Below are positions 49,509 through 58,590 of a stretch of 64,000 bases of DNA, one piece after another. The notes under the pieces are model-generated. The model was not told where the DNA came from. It worked only from the letters and a program-made list of their open reading frames with translations, and ran no database searches. Positions within the stretch are counted from its first letter, which is position 1. Each line of letters begins with the position of its first letter. Source of the DNA: an uncultured Phycisphaerales bacterium. Its GTDB lineage: Bacteria > Planctomycetota > Phycisphaerae > Phycisphaerales > SM1A02. A program made the position numbers and the translations under genes. The DNA is taken from NCBI GenBank assembly GCA_938084645.1, contig CALKEP010000004.1, forward strand, positions 1 to 64,000, in the 5' to 3' direction.

Positions 49509-50474
49509 ATGAACCGACTCTCGCTTTCTTCCATGGTCCGCTCGAACGCCTGGTCGCGCTCGACCCTCGTGATGCTCGTCGCGGCCTCCATCGGCCTCGC
49601 CGGCTGTGGCGGGAACGACGACGAAATCGATGCACGAGACCCGGCGGAACCTCGATCCATCGCCGTTTCGAACCACCCGCTCGCCTTCTTCGCCACCCGC
49701 ATCGGCGGAGACCGGGTGGACGTCCGCTGGCTGGTCCCGGACGGCGTCGACCCGGCGACGTGGTCGCCGAACGGAGACGATCTCGCCGCGATGCAGTCCG
49801 CCGATCTGATCCTGCTCAACGGCGCGACCTACGAACCCTGGCGAGCGACCGCGAGTCTTCCACGGGATCGCGTGGTCGACACCACCGCCGCGATCCGGAG
49901 CGTCCTCATCGAGACGGAGGAAGGACCGGTCCACGCCCACGGCCCCGAAGGGGAACACACGCATCGGGGAACCGCGTCGACGACCTGGATCGATCCGAAA
50001 CTGGCCATCGCCCAGTCGGCCGCGGTGGAGAAGGCCCTGTCTGCCCTGATGCCGGCGCATCAGGATCAGTTCCGCTCGAACCGCGGGGTCCTGATCCGCG
50101 AACTCGAAGAGCGGGCCGCCCCGATCGAACAGGCGGTGAACACCGATCCCGATCGCCCCGTCATCTTCAGCCGTCCGGTCTACCAATACCTCGCTCGGCG
50201 ATTTCGAATGAACGGCGAGACCCTCGACTGGAACGGCTCGACGTCGCCGAGTGACCAGGACCTCGCGGAGCTCGAGGAACTGCTCGAAGGCCATCCCGCC
50301 GCCTGGATGATCTGGCCCGAGGCCCCGCCGGAAGCGACCGTCTCGCTGCTCCGGGAGCGTGGCATCGAATGCGTGGTCGTCCCGATCGCGGGCGCCCCTC
50401 CCGTCGACGGCGACCTGCTCACCGCGATGGACGAGACCGCCGCCGCGCTCCGTCGGGTCTACGAATTCGATTGA
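49509..50474 (+). CDS. ZnuA/TroA-family metal-binding lipoprotein
   Basis: Lipobox LAGC; ADLILLNG, His-rich HAHGPEGEHTH, TWIDP, YQYLARRF. Divergent from the ABC genes. Confidence 0.82.
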   Translation: MNRLSLSSMVRSNAWSRSTLVMLVAASIGLAGCGGNDDEIDARDPAEPRSIAVSNHPLAFFATRIGGDRVDVRWLVPDGVDPATWSPNGDDLAAMQSADLILLNGATYEPWRATASLPRDRVVDTTAAIRSVLIETEEGPVHAHGPEGEHTHRGTASTTWIDPKLAIAQSAAVEKALSALMPAHQDQFRSNRGVLIRELEERAAPIEQAVNTDPDRPVIFSRPVYQYLARRFRMNGETLDWNGSTSPSDQDLAELEELLEGHPAAWMIWPEAPPEATVSLLRERGIECVVVPIAGAPPVDGDLLTAMDETAAALRRVYEFD

Positions 50475-51688
50475 TCGATCGGACGACCGATCACCGCGAC
50501 GGTCCTTCGCCCGAGGCGGAGTCCGTGGACCTCGACGATTTCCGTGCCGGCCGGTCCCGCGAGTGACGCGAGCCGCCGCGTCCAATCATCGGCGTCGACG
50601 GCGCCTCCCCGCGTCCGGACCACCACCTGCCTCGGATTCGGGGTCGACCTCTTGATCGCGTCGACGATCGCATCCGGCCGCGGCGCGACCACCGCGTCGA
50701 TCGAGATCGCCCGGAACCAGTCGTCCCGGCCGTCCCCGACCGCTCGTTCGACCCGCGTCCGGTCGACCACGGCGAGCCCGAGCCCCACGGCGGGTTCGAC
50801 GTCGATCCCCTCGATTCCGAGCTGTTCCCGAAGCACGAGCGGCCCGAGTCCGACCCGTTCGACCGCGGGATGGAATTCCAGCAGAGCGCCTTCCAGTTCG
50901 ATCGGCCCCGATCGCAGCGCCGCCGGCTCGCCTTCGAGGATCCGACCGGACGGCAGATCGACGGCTTCCACCGAAGCCGGGCGGGCGAGTCGGCCGGTCC
51001 AGACGATCGCCTGCACCAGTCGGCCGGACTCCGCGATGATCGACACGGACTGCCGGTCGTGGAACACGGGCGGCGGCATCGGCAGTCCCGGCCCCAGCTT
51101 GATTCCCGCGCCCTCGGCCTCTGCGGCGATCCGGCGAATCACGTCGATGCCGGGCACCAGGTCCTCGAGCCGCCACGAACGACGGCCACTCGACTCGTCT
51201 CGACGGGCGGGATCCAGGTGCACCAGGGGACGATCGATCGGCACCGATTCGACGTCGCCCACGATCGTCTCGATGCCCGCGTTGTGCCCGGCCATGAACG
51301 CCCGAACCGGATCGCGGTCGACGCCGACGCACGGTCCCCGATCCGCCAGCGCCATCGCGTCACCTCCGATCCCACAACAGAGATCCAGCACGGGGTCCGA
51401 TCCGAATCGCGTCGCCTTCCACGACGCCACGGTGTCGCTGGTGGCCTGCTCGACGCCAACTCGATCGAGCAGCAGTCGAGCCGGATCGTGGAACTTGGCG
51501 GCGGCCCGTCGGCGAGCTCCCGCCAGCTCGAGCGCCTCGGGGATCGGCCCCGCGGGATGATCGCGGCGGAGTCTGGTCAACGCCGATGGCGTCACGCCCG
51601 CCGCCTCGATTTCGGCGGCGGCCGCAAGCAGCGATTCGGCCTCCGGAGCGGCAAGCGTCCGCCAGGCGTCGAGACGATCATCGGCCAT
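50459..51688 (-). CDS. Class I SAM-dependent methyltransferase with THUMP-like C-terminus
   Basis: EQAT, VLDLCCGIGGD, HLDPARR, IKLGPG. Confidence 0.82.
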   Translation of the reverse strand: MADDRLDAWRTLAAPEAESLLAAAAEIEAAGVTPSALTRLRRDHPAGPIPEALELAGARRRAAAKFHDPARLLLDRVGVEQATSDTVASWKATRFGSDPVLDLCCGIGGDAMALADRGPCVGVDRDPVRAFMAGHNAGIETIVGDVESVPIDRPLVHLDPARRDESSGRRSWRLEDLVPGIDVIRRIAAEAEGAGIKLGPGLPMPPPVFHDRQSVSIIAESGRLVQAIVWTGRLARPASVEAVDLPSGRILEGEPAALRSGPIELEGALLEFHPAVERVGLGPLVLREQLGIEGIDVEPAVGLGLAVVDRTRVERAVGDGRDDWFRAISIDAVVAPRPDAIVDAIKRSTPNPRQVVVRTRGGAVDADDWTRRLASLAGPAGTEIVEVHGLRLGRRTVAVIGRPIDQSNS

Positions 51689-51851
51689 CCACGAACTCTA
51701 CCAGTCCGCGATCCGTCGACTTCGCCGTCACGTGGGCTTCCCCTCGATACGGCGCCATCGCAACGGCGTTAGCATCTCGCTCCAACCGTGTGGATCCCGA
51801 CGTCCGTGGTCCCTCGAACCCAAGCCCCGTCGTTCCCTGGAGCGCCCCACC

Positions 51852-52406
51852 ATGCCCGACATTCGATCCGCCGACGTGATGCGTGCCTCCGGAACATTCG
51901 CCATCGCCGAGGGCGTCTTCCTCGTGCTGGGTGGTGCGATGCTGGTCGTCGCCCCGTTCGCCTCGGTGGTGCTCCTCACCCAGTTCACGGGCGCGTTCCT
52001 CCTGCTGGCCGGCATCGTCGGCACCATCCGGGCCGCGGGAAGCCCCTCGGGCCAGCACGGCAGCGGCGCCGGCATCTTCGGACCGATCATCGCCGCGATC
52101 GCGGGTCTCATCCTGCTCCTCGATCCGACGCTGTCCGCCGCCTTCCTCGCGAAGGTCCTCGGCGCGATCCTCCTGATCACCGGGGCGATGCAGATCGCGG
52201 CGGCGTGCGGGATGCGAGGACGCGATCAGTGGACGCTGATGCTCGCGGGCGGCATCGTCACCCTCCTGCTCGGGCTCGTGGTCTTCATGATGCCCGGTGT
52301 CGCGATCCTCGTCTTCGCGGTGTTCACCGGCGTCCAACTGCTCTTCCTCGGCATCATGATGATCCGGGGCGGTCGCGAGATCCGTCGGGTCGCCCCGCGA
52401 GGCTGA
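51852..52406 (+). CDS. HdeD/DUF308 family membrane protein, ~184 aa
   Basis: Six short TM helices with repeated G-x3-I/L...P pattern typical of DUF308. GGAG upstream of ATG 51852. Confidence 0.75.
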   Translation: MPDIRSADVMRASGTFAIAEGVFLVLGGAMLVVAPFASVVLLTQFTGAFLLLAGIVGTIRAAGSPSGQHGSGAGIFGPIIAAIAGLILLLDPTLSAAFLAKVLGAILLITGAMQIAAACGMRGRDQWTLMLAGGIVTLLLGLVVFMMPGVAILVFAVFTGVQLLFLGIMMIRGGREIRRVAPRG

Positions 52407-52430
52407 TCCGTGGCGTTCTTCGGAGACGGC

Positions 52431-53399
52431 ATGTCCATCCGCGAATTCCTCCGACATCACTACCGCCACTTCAACGCCGCGACGCTGGTCGACGCGGCGG
52501 AGGGTTACTGCGATCATCTCGCGTCCGACGGCCGCATGATGGTGACGCTCGCCGGTGCGATGAGCACCGCCGAACTCGGCGTGTCGCTCGCCCGCATGAT
52601 CCGCGAGGACAAGGTCCACGCGATCTGCTGCACGGGGGCGAACCTCGAGGAGGACATCTTCAATCTGGTCGCCCACGATCACTACGAGCGGATCCCGGAC
52701 TGGCGGGCCCTCACCGCGGCCGACGAACAGGGCCTGCTCGATCGGCATCTCAACCGCGTGACCGACACCTGCATCCCGGAGGAGGAGGCGTTCCGGCGGT
52801 TGGAGGATCTGCTGGTCGAACAATGGCAACGCCTCGCGGCGGACGGAGCGCGTGACTTTCCGCATCGAATCCTCTATCGAATGATCCGCGAAGGCCGGCT
52901 CGACCGACATCACCAGATCGATCCGCGTGATTCCTGGATGGTCGCGGCCGCGGAGAAGGACCTTCCGATGTTCGTGCCGGGTTGGGAGGACTCGACCTCG
53001 GGCAACGTGTTCGCCGCCCACTGCATCGCGGGCGACGTGCCCGATCCCAATCTGATCAAGGGCGGGATCGAATACATGATCGAGCTCGCGTCGTGGTACA
53101 CCGAGTTCACCCGGGAGCGATCGCTGGGCTTCTTCCAGATCGGTGGCGGCATCGCGGGCGACTTCCCGATCTGCGTGGTCCCGATGCTCCACCAGGATCT
53201 CGGCCGCGAGAACGTGCCGCTCTGGGGCTACTTCTGTCAGATCGGCGACTCCACGACCAGCTACGGGAGCTACTCCGGCGCGGTCCCCAACGAGAAGATC
53301 ACCTGGGGCAAGCTCGCCGCGGACACCCCGAAGTTCATGATCGAATCCGACGCGACCATCGTCGCGCCCTTGATCTTCCAGTACGTCCTCGAATCCTGA
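52431..53399 (+). CDS. Deoxyhypusine synthase-like protein (probable homospermidine synthase, SpeY type), ~322 aa
   Basis: TLAGAMSTAE, TGANLEED, NRVTD, DSTSGN, IGGG, GSYSGA, EKITWGK (catalytic Lys position), DATIVAPL. Confidence 0.88.
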   Translation: MSIREFLRHHYRHFNAATLVDAAEGYCDHLASDGRMMVTLAGAMSTAELGVSLARMIREDKVHAICCTGANLEEDIFNLVAHDHYERIPDWRALTAADEQGLLDRHLNRVTDTCIPEEEAFRRLEDLLVEQWQRLAADGARDFPHRILYRMIREGRLDRHHQIDPRDSWMVAAAEKDLPMFVPGWEDSTSGNVFAAHCIAGDVPDPNLIKGGIEYMIELASWYTEFTRERSLGFFQIGGGIAGDFPICVVPMLHQDLGRENVPLWGYFCQIGDSTTSYGSYSGAVPNEKITWGKLAADTPKFMIESDATIVAPLIFQYVLES

Positions 53400-54080
53400 T
53401 CACGCGGGACGACGTCGGAAGAGGGCACGGAACCGACGATTCGGCGGATCCTCGCCGTCGGTGAAGTCCTCCCACGATTCGAGCACCAGCCCGCCGGTCT
53501 CGAAGCCGCCGCACTCCACACGACTGATCGGCCAGGGAGGACCTTCGAGATCCGCGTCGACGTCGTCGTCGCGTCCCCGCATCACCGCGAGGAGCACGCC
53601 GCCGGGCGCGACACAGTCGGCGACCGCGCCGAAGCCCCCGGTCCGATCGGACGGCGGAATCGCCTGCAGGGTGTACACCTCGAGCACGAGATCGAAGCCG
53701 TCGCGGCGATAGTGGTCCGGGAGTTGGAAGAGATCCCGGACTTCGTAGCGGACCCGCGAGTCCGGGTGCCTGCTTCGGCAACCTTCGATCGCCGACGGCG
53801 AGATGTCGAACGCGGTCACGTCGAAACCGAGGTCGGCGAGCGCTTCGGCGTCGTCGCCGAAGCCGCATCCGAGCACCAGGGCGCGGCCGCCGGTCGGCAT
53901 CCCGGGCAGCGCCATTCCCGCCACGAAATGCGGATTCGGCGCATCGTCCGCCCAGGGGACGAGTTCGGTTCGACCGGCCGCGTCGCGGTACAGCGATTCG
54001 AACCAGTCGCACGGCGCGCCACGGGCGCGGGCGGCGCGAACGAGCCCGTCGATCTTCGTTCGCAGCGCCTCGGGTTCCAT
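53400..54080 (-). CDS. Class I SAM-dependent methyltransferase (TPMT-like)
   Basis: WFESLY..A...VPWAD, LVLGCGFGDDA, FDISPSAI, FDLVLEVYTLQ, GPPWP. Confidence 0.85.
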   Translation of the reverse strand: MEPEALRTKIDGLVRAARARGAPCDWFESLYRDAAGRTELVPWADDAPNPHFVAGMALPGMPTGGRALVLGCGFGDDAEALADLGFDVTAFDISPSAIEGCRSRHPDSRVRYEVRDLFQLPDHYRRDGFDLVLEVYTLQAIPPSDRTGGFGAVADCVAPGGVLLAVMRGRDDDVDADLEGPPWPISRVECGGFETGGLVLESWEDFTDGEDPPNRRFRALFRRRPA

Positions 54081-54105
54081 TCCCGGATCGTATCCGACGG
54101 CGTGG

Positions 54106-54993
54106 TCAGGTTCCGCGAGCCGCGAGGATCTCCGCCAGCACCCGGTGCACCAGCTTCGCGGCGAGGAAGTCGCACGCCCAGTGCGCCGGATGCGGGAGCA
54201 GTTCGACCACGTCGAATCCGATCACGTTCCGGCGGGCCGCCAGCCGGCCGACGAAGGCGTTCACGGTGCGCCAGTCGAGTCCCCCGGGCTCGGGCGTTCC
54301 CGTCGCCGGCATGCTTCCGGAATCGAAGGCGTCGAGATCGATCGTCAGATACACGTCCTCGGGGACGAGATCGATCGCTCGATCCATCCAGGCGTCGTCG
54401 GTCGCCTCGAGGATCTCGTGGGCCGGAAACACCCGGTCGTGATCCATGGTGTCGTACTCGCTTCGGTCGATCGCGCGAATCCCGACCTGCACGATGTCCG
54501 CGACCTCGCGGGCCCGGGCCATGACGCACGCATGATTGAACGGTGAACCGTGATACGACTCGCGGGTGTCGCCGTGGGCATCGATCTGGACGACCCCCAT
54601 CCGGGCTCCTCCGGATCGCACCGCCGCCGCGGCCGCCCGGATCGCGCCGATCGAGACGGAATGTTCGCCCCCGAGGAGGATCGGCATCGAACCGCCCTCG
54701 ATCACCTCCGTCACCACCTGCTCGACGATGTCCGCGAGCGTCGCGGGGTCGCCGTCGTGAAGAATGGGCGGCCCGGTGAGGATGCCGGCGCGATGCGGTT
54801 CGATCAACGTCTGGAGATCGAAGAGTTCGACCTCCGCACTCGCTTCGAGGAGCGCCGCGGGCCCACGGTCGGCTCCCTTGCGCCAGGTGCTGGTCGCGTC
54901 GTACGGAACCGGAACGATGACCGCCGCCGGAACCCCTTCCGGCGGATCGACCCCCAGAAACGCGGGGAGGACGGATTCGTCTTGATCGTTCAT
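54106..54993 (-). CDS. speB: Agmatinase (ureohydrolase)
   Basis: PYDATSTW..GADRGP, GGEHSVS, DAHGD, DLDAFD, TGTPEPGG, DVVEL. Confidence 0.92.
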   Translation of the reverse strand: MNDQDESVLPAFLGVDPPEGVPAAVIVPVPYDATSTWRKGADRGPAALLEASAEVELFDLQTLIEPHRAGILTGPPILHDGDPATLADIVEQVVTEVIEGGSMPILLGGEHSVSIGAIRAAAAAVRSGGARMGVVQIDAHGDTRESYHGSPFNHACVMARAREVADIVQVGIRAIDRSEYDTMDHDRVFPAHEILEATDDAWMDRAIDLVPEDVYLTIDLDAFDSGSMPATGTPEPGGLDWRTVNAFVGRLAARRNVIGFDVVELLPHPAHWACDFLAAKLVHRVLAEILAARGT

Positions 54994-55115
54994 GGCGACA
55001 TGCTTCCGGCCGGGAGGAGGATTCGACGACCGGAAGTGTACGATCCGGCGGGTCGGCCGACCGAAGCCGTCACGTCATGATCACGTCCTCGGACCATGTC
55101 GGATAGATTCGAGAC

Positions 55116-56525
55116 ATGAACGCCGCCCCCCGGACCGGACCGACCGTCCGCCAGTCCACCATCATGATCATCGCCACGAGCTTCGCGGCGTTTCTCGCCG
55201 GCCTTGCGGCGCTCTACTTCGTCTATGCGGACCGGGCCGGCGGACGAGCGGTCGACTGGCTTTCCGGTCGTGTGGAGTTTCTCGGAATCTCCATCACGGG
55301 GGTCTGGACGGTGATCCTCCCCGCCCTCGGCGTCGCGATCACCATGCCGCTCATCGTCTGGCTTCAACGACGCTTCTTTCCGGGCACCGAAGGCACCGGA
55401 ATCCCCCAGGCCATCGCGGCGATCCAGATCGGCGAGCGACCCGAGCGCGGCCTCATGCTCTCGGTTCGGATCGCCATCGGGAAGATCCTCCTGTTGAGCA
55501 TGGCCCTGATCTCCGGAATCACGGTCGGACGCGAAGGGCCCTCCGTCCACGTGGCCGCGTGCTGCATGCATCTCAGCCGTCGCTTCTGTCGTTTCCATCC
55601 ATGGCTCGTCCAGCGGGGCCTGATCCTCGCCGGGTCGGCCGCGGGCATCGCCGCGGCGTTCAACGCACCGGTCGCCGGCGTCATCTTCTGTTTCGAGGAG
55701 GTCGGCCGGATCTTCGACAAGCAGAGCGCCATCGCGATCATCCGGACCGTGGCGATCGCGTGCCTGGTCGGCGTGGTCTTCCTCGGTGACTACGAGTTCT
55801 ACGGATCGAGCAACAGCGGCGCAGGTCTGCCGCTTTCGATCGACGGCGATTTCGGCGCCTGGTTGCTCGAACTGCGGCAGTGGATCGCGGTGCCCGTGGT
55901 CGGAGTCCTCGGTGGTTTCCTCGGCGGCTGGTTCGGTCGCGGCGTGGTCGGCGGCAGCCGACGCCTCGCGCCGTTCCTCATGGCGAATCCGCTCCGCACC
56001 GGCATCGTGCTGGGGCTGGCCCTGGCCGCCACCGGTGTGCTCTCCGGCGGGTCGAGTTACGGCGGAGGCCACGACCAGGCGGAACAGATGCTCGAGACCG
56101 CGGCGGCGACCAACGCCCCCATCGCGACCTGGAGCGATCCGCTCGGCAAGGCCGTCGCGAGTTTCACCAGCCTGATCAGCGGCATCCCCGGCGGGCTCTT
56201 CGATCCCAGCCTCGCGGTCGGCGCGGGTCTCGGGCAGCTGACGCACGGCTTCTTCGAAGGCACCATCGCCCCCGGAATCGGCCTGCCCGAATTCATGCTG
56301 ATCTTCATGGCCGCCTACTTCGCCGGCGTCGTCCAGAGTCCGATCACGGTCTTCGCGATCCTCTTCGAGATGACCGGGGCGTACGGGATGATCCTGCCCC
56401 TCATGTTCGCCGCCACCGTCGGGGCCTCCGTGGCCGGTCGCATCTGCGAGCCTTCGATCTACGAGGCGCTCGCCGCGTCGTTTCTCGAGGCCAAGGGCGT
56501 TCGAACCGATCCTCGGACCGATTGA
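55116..56525 (+). CDS. CLC-family Cl-/H+ antiporter
   Basis: GTGIP, GREGP (gating Glu), AAFNAPVAGVIFCFEE (proton Glu), GGLFDP, FEMTG, IYEAL. Confidence 0.92.
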   Translation: MNAAPRTGPTVRQSTIMIIATSFAAFLAGLAALYFVYADRAGGRAVDWLSGRVEFLGISITGVWTVILPALGVAITMPLIVWLQRRFFPGTEGTGIPQAIAAIQIGERPERGLMLSVRIAIGKILLLSMALISGITVGREGPSVHVAACCMHLSRRFCRFHPWLVQRGLILAGSAAGIAAAFNAPVAGVIFCFEEVGRIFDKQSAIAIIRTVAIACLVGVVFLGDYEFYGSSNSGAGLPLSIDGDFGAWLLELRQWIAVPVVGVLGGFLGGWFGRGVVGGSRRLAPFLMANPLRTGIVLGLALAATGVLSGGSSYGGGHDQAEQMLETAAATNAPIATWSDPLGKAVASFTSLISGIPGGLFDPSLAVGAGLGQLTHGFFEGTIAPGIGLPEFMLIFMAAYFAGVVQSPITVFAILFEMTGAYGMILPLMFAATVGASVAGRICEPSIYEALAASFLEAKGVRTDPRTD

Positions 56526-56549
56526 TTCCGGCATCCGCCGGTTCGGCCC

Positions 56550-58532
56550 TCAGACGGGATCCGGCTCGAGGTAGGTGTAGCCCGCCAGTCCGGTCTCGAA
56601 CGCCAGCACCATCTCGCGACTCTCGCGGGCGGTCATCGAACCCCGATGCACCGAGCCTTCGCACTCCCTGCGAATCGCCCTGGCCAGCAAGGTCGGGTCG
56701 TACTGCATGTAAGCGAGCACTTCGCGGACGGTGTCCCCCTCCACGATCTCCTCGATCCACCACTTGCCCGAGTCGTCGACCCGGACGTGGGCGACGTGGG
56801 TGTCGCCGAAGAGATTGTGCAGGTCACCGAGCGTCTCCTGATAGGCCCCGACCAGGAACGCGCCGAGGAGATACCGCCTTCCCGCCTCCAGTTCGTGGAG
56901 CGGAAGCCATCGCTTCACATCCTCGCGGTCGATGAATCGATCGACCTTGCCGTCGGAATCGCAGGTGAGATCGGCGAGCGTGCCCCGCCGGGCGGGCGTC
57001 TCGTCGAGTCGATGGATCGGCATGATCGGGAACACCTGCTCGATCGCCCAGCAGTCCGGAAGCGACTGGAACACCGAGAGGTTGCAGAAGTAGACGTCGG
57101 TGAGGAGATCGTCGAGTTCCGCGAGTTCCTCGGGAACCGGATCCAACGACGTCGCGAGTTCCCGGGCCCGGAGCGCCAGCGTCCAGAAGATCCGCTCCAC
57201 CTCGGCCCGATGTTCGAGCGACATGTAGCCGAGGGTGAAGAGGTTGACCGCCTCGGCCCGCGCGCTCTCCGCGTCATGCCAGCACTCCAGCAGGTTCTCC
57301 GCGTCCATCCGTCGCCAGGCGTCGAAGAGGTCGACGAGCGGACGGGCGGGCTCCTCGCCGTCCCGACCGCGCAGGCCTTCGAGATCCTCGGGGATTCGAT
57401 GGGGCTCGAAGCGATTCGCCCCGAGCACGTCGAAGACGAGAACGCTCTGCTGGGCGACCATGGCTCGCCCGCTCTCGGTCACGATGTTCGGATGCGGCAC
57501 GTTCCGTTCGTCGCAGATCGACTGGATGCGGTGCACGACGGTCGAGGCGTACTCCTCGAGGGAGTAGTTCCGGCTGAACGCGGAGTTGGCCTGGCTGCCG
57601 TCGTAGTCGACCCCGAGCCCGCCCCCCACGTCGATGAACTCCACCGAGGCCCCGAGCCGGTGAAGCTCGGCGTGGATCCGGGTCAGCTCGCCCACCCCGG
57701 CCGCGACCTGCCGGATGTCGTTCATCTGGCTTCCCATGTGGCAGTGGAGCAGCTGGAGGCAGTCGAGCATGCCGCGATCCCGGAGGAGATCCACGGCCTG
57801 CAGCACTTCGGCGAGCGTCAGCCCGAACTTGGCCTTCACCCCGCTCGAACTCGCCCATCGCCCCGCACCCTGGACGTTGAGATTCACGCGAATCCCGATG
57901 CGGGGCCGCACGTCGAAGCGCTCCGCGTGCCGGAGCACGAGTTCGAGTTCCTCGAGGTTCTCGATGACCGGAACGATCATCCGCCCGAGCTTGGTCGCGA
58001 GCATCGCGAACTCGATGTAGCGATCCTCCTTGAAACCGTTGCAGACCACGAGTCGATCCGGCTGTTCGACGGTCATCGCGAGCACCGCGAGGAGTTCGGG
58101 TTTCGATCCGACCTCGAAGCCGAATCCCATTCCCCCGCTGATGCGGCCGACGTCCTCGACCACGCTTCGCTGCTGGTTCACCTTGATCGGATAGACCCCG
58201 CGGTACGCCCCTCGATAGTCGTGCTGTCGGATCGCGTCATCGAAGGCCTGACGAAGATCTCCGAGCACCGTCTCGAGGACGTCGCCGAAGTGCAGCAGCA
58301 GCGGCGTGGAGTAGCCGCGTTCTCGCACGCCGTCGACGATCTCCAGGAGATCGACCTCGCGACCGGCACACCGGTCCGGCCGAACCGTCATGTTGCCGCG
58401 CGCATTGATCGCGAAGAAGCCGTCCGCCCAGGACTCGACGGCGAATCGGGCCTCGTTCTCCTCCACTGGCGAGAGCGCGGTCTGGGGGGCGTCGGTCACC
58501 CCCGACGTGATGGTGGACGAGGACTTGGACAA
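56550..58532 (-). CDS. speA: Biosynthetic arginine decarboxylase, ~660 aa
   Basis: YPIKVNQ (PLP Lys), EVGSKPEL, HCHMGSQ, DVGGGLGVDYDGS, TESGRA, TCDSDG, GAYQETLGDLHNLFGD. TTG 58532 chosen for its GGAG SD and upstream TACACT. Confidence 0.95.
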   Translation of the reverse strand: MSKSSSTITSGVTDAPQTALSPVEENEARFAVESWADGFFAINARGNMTVRPDRCAGREVDLLEIVDGVRERGYSTPLLLHFGDVLETVLGDLRQAFDDAIRQHDYRGAYRGVYPIKVNQQRSVVEDVGRISGGMGFGFEVGSKPELLAVLAMTVEQPDRLVVCNGFKEDRYIEFAMLATKLGRMIVPVIENLEELELVLRHAERFDVRPRIGIRVNLNVQGAGRWASSSGVKAKFGLTLAEVLQAVDLLRDRGMLDCLQLLHCHMGSQMNDIRQVAAGVGELTRIHAELHRLGASVEFIDVGGGLGVDYDGSQANSAFSRNYSLEEYASTVVHRIQSICDERNVPHPNIVTESGRAMVAQQSVLVFDVLGANRFEPHRIPEDLEGLRGRDGEEPARPLVDLFDAWRRMDAENLLECWHDAESARAEAVNLFTLGYMSLEHRAEVERIFWTLALRARELATSLDPVPEELAELDDLLTDVYFCNLSVFQSLPDCWAIEQVFPIMPIHRLDETPARRGTLADLTCDSDGKVDRFIDREDVKRWLPLHELEAGRRYLLGAFLVGAYQETLGDLHNLFGDTHVAHVRVDDSGKWWIEEIVEGDTVREVLAYMQYDPTLLARAIRRECEGSVHRGSMTARESREMVLAFETGLAGYTYLEPDPV

Positions 58533-58590
58533 GGTCGGTCTCCGGTGCCTCGAAGCGGAGGCGACGAAGTGTACCGTCGGACATGCCGGT

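Noticed and set aside
55116..56525. Fluoride-specific CLC-F
   Set aside because: It has GTGIP/GREGP/Tyr motifs, not the GNNLI or GMGLI and GREGT motifs of CLC-F.
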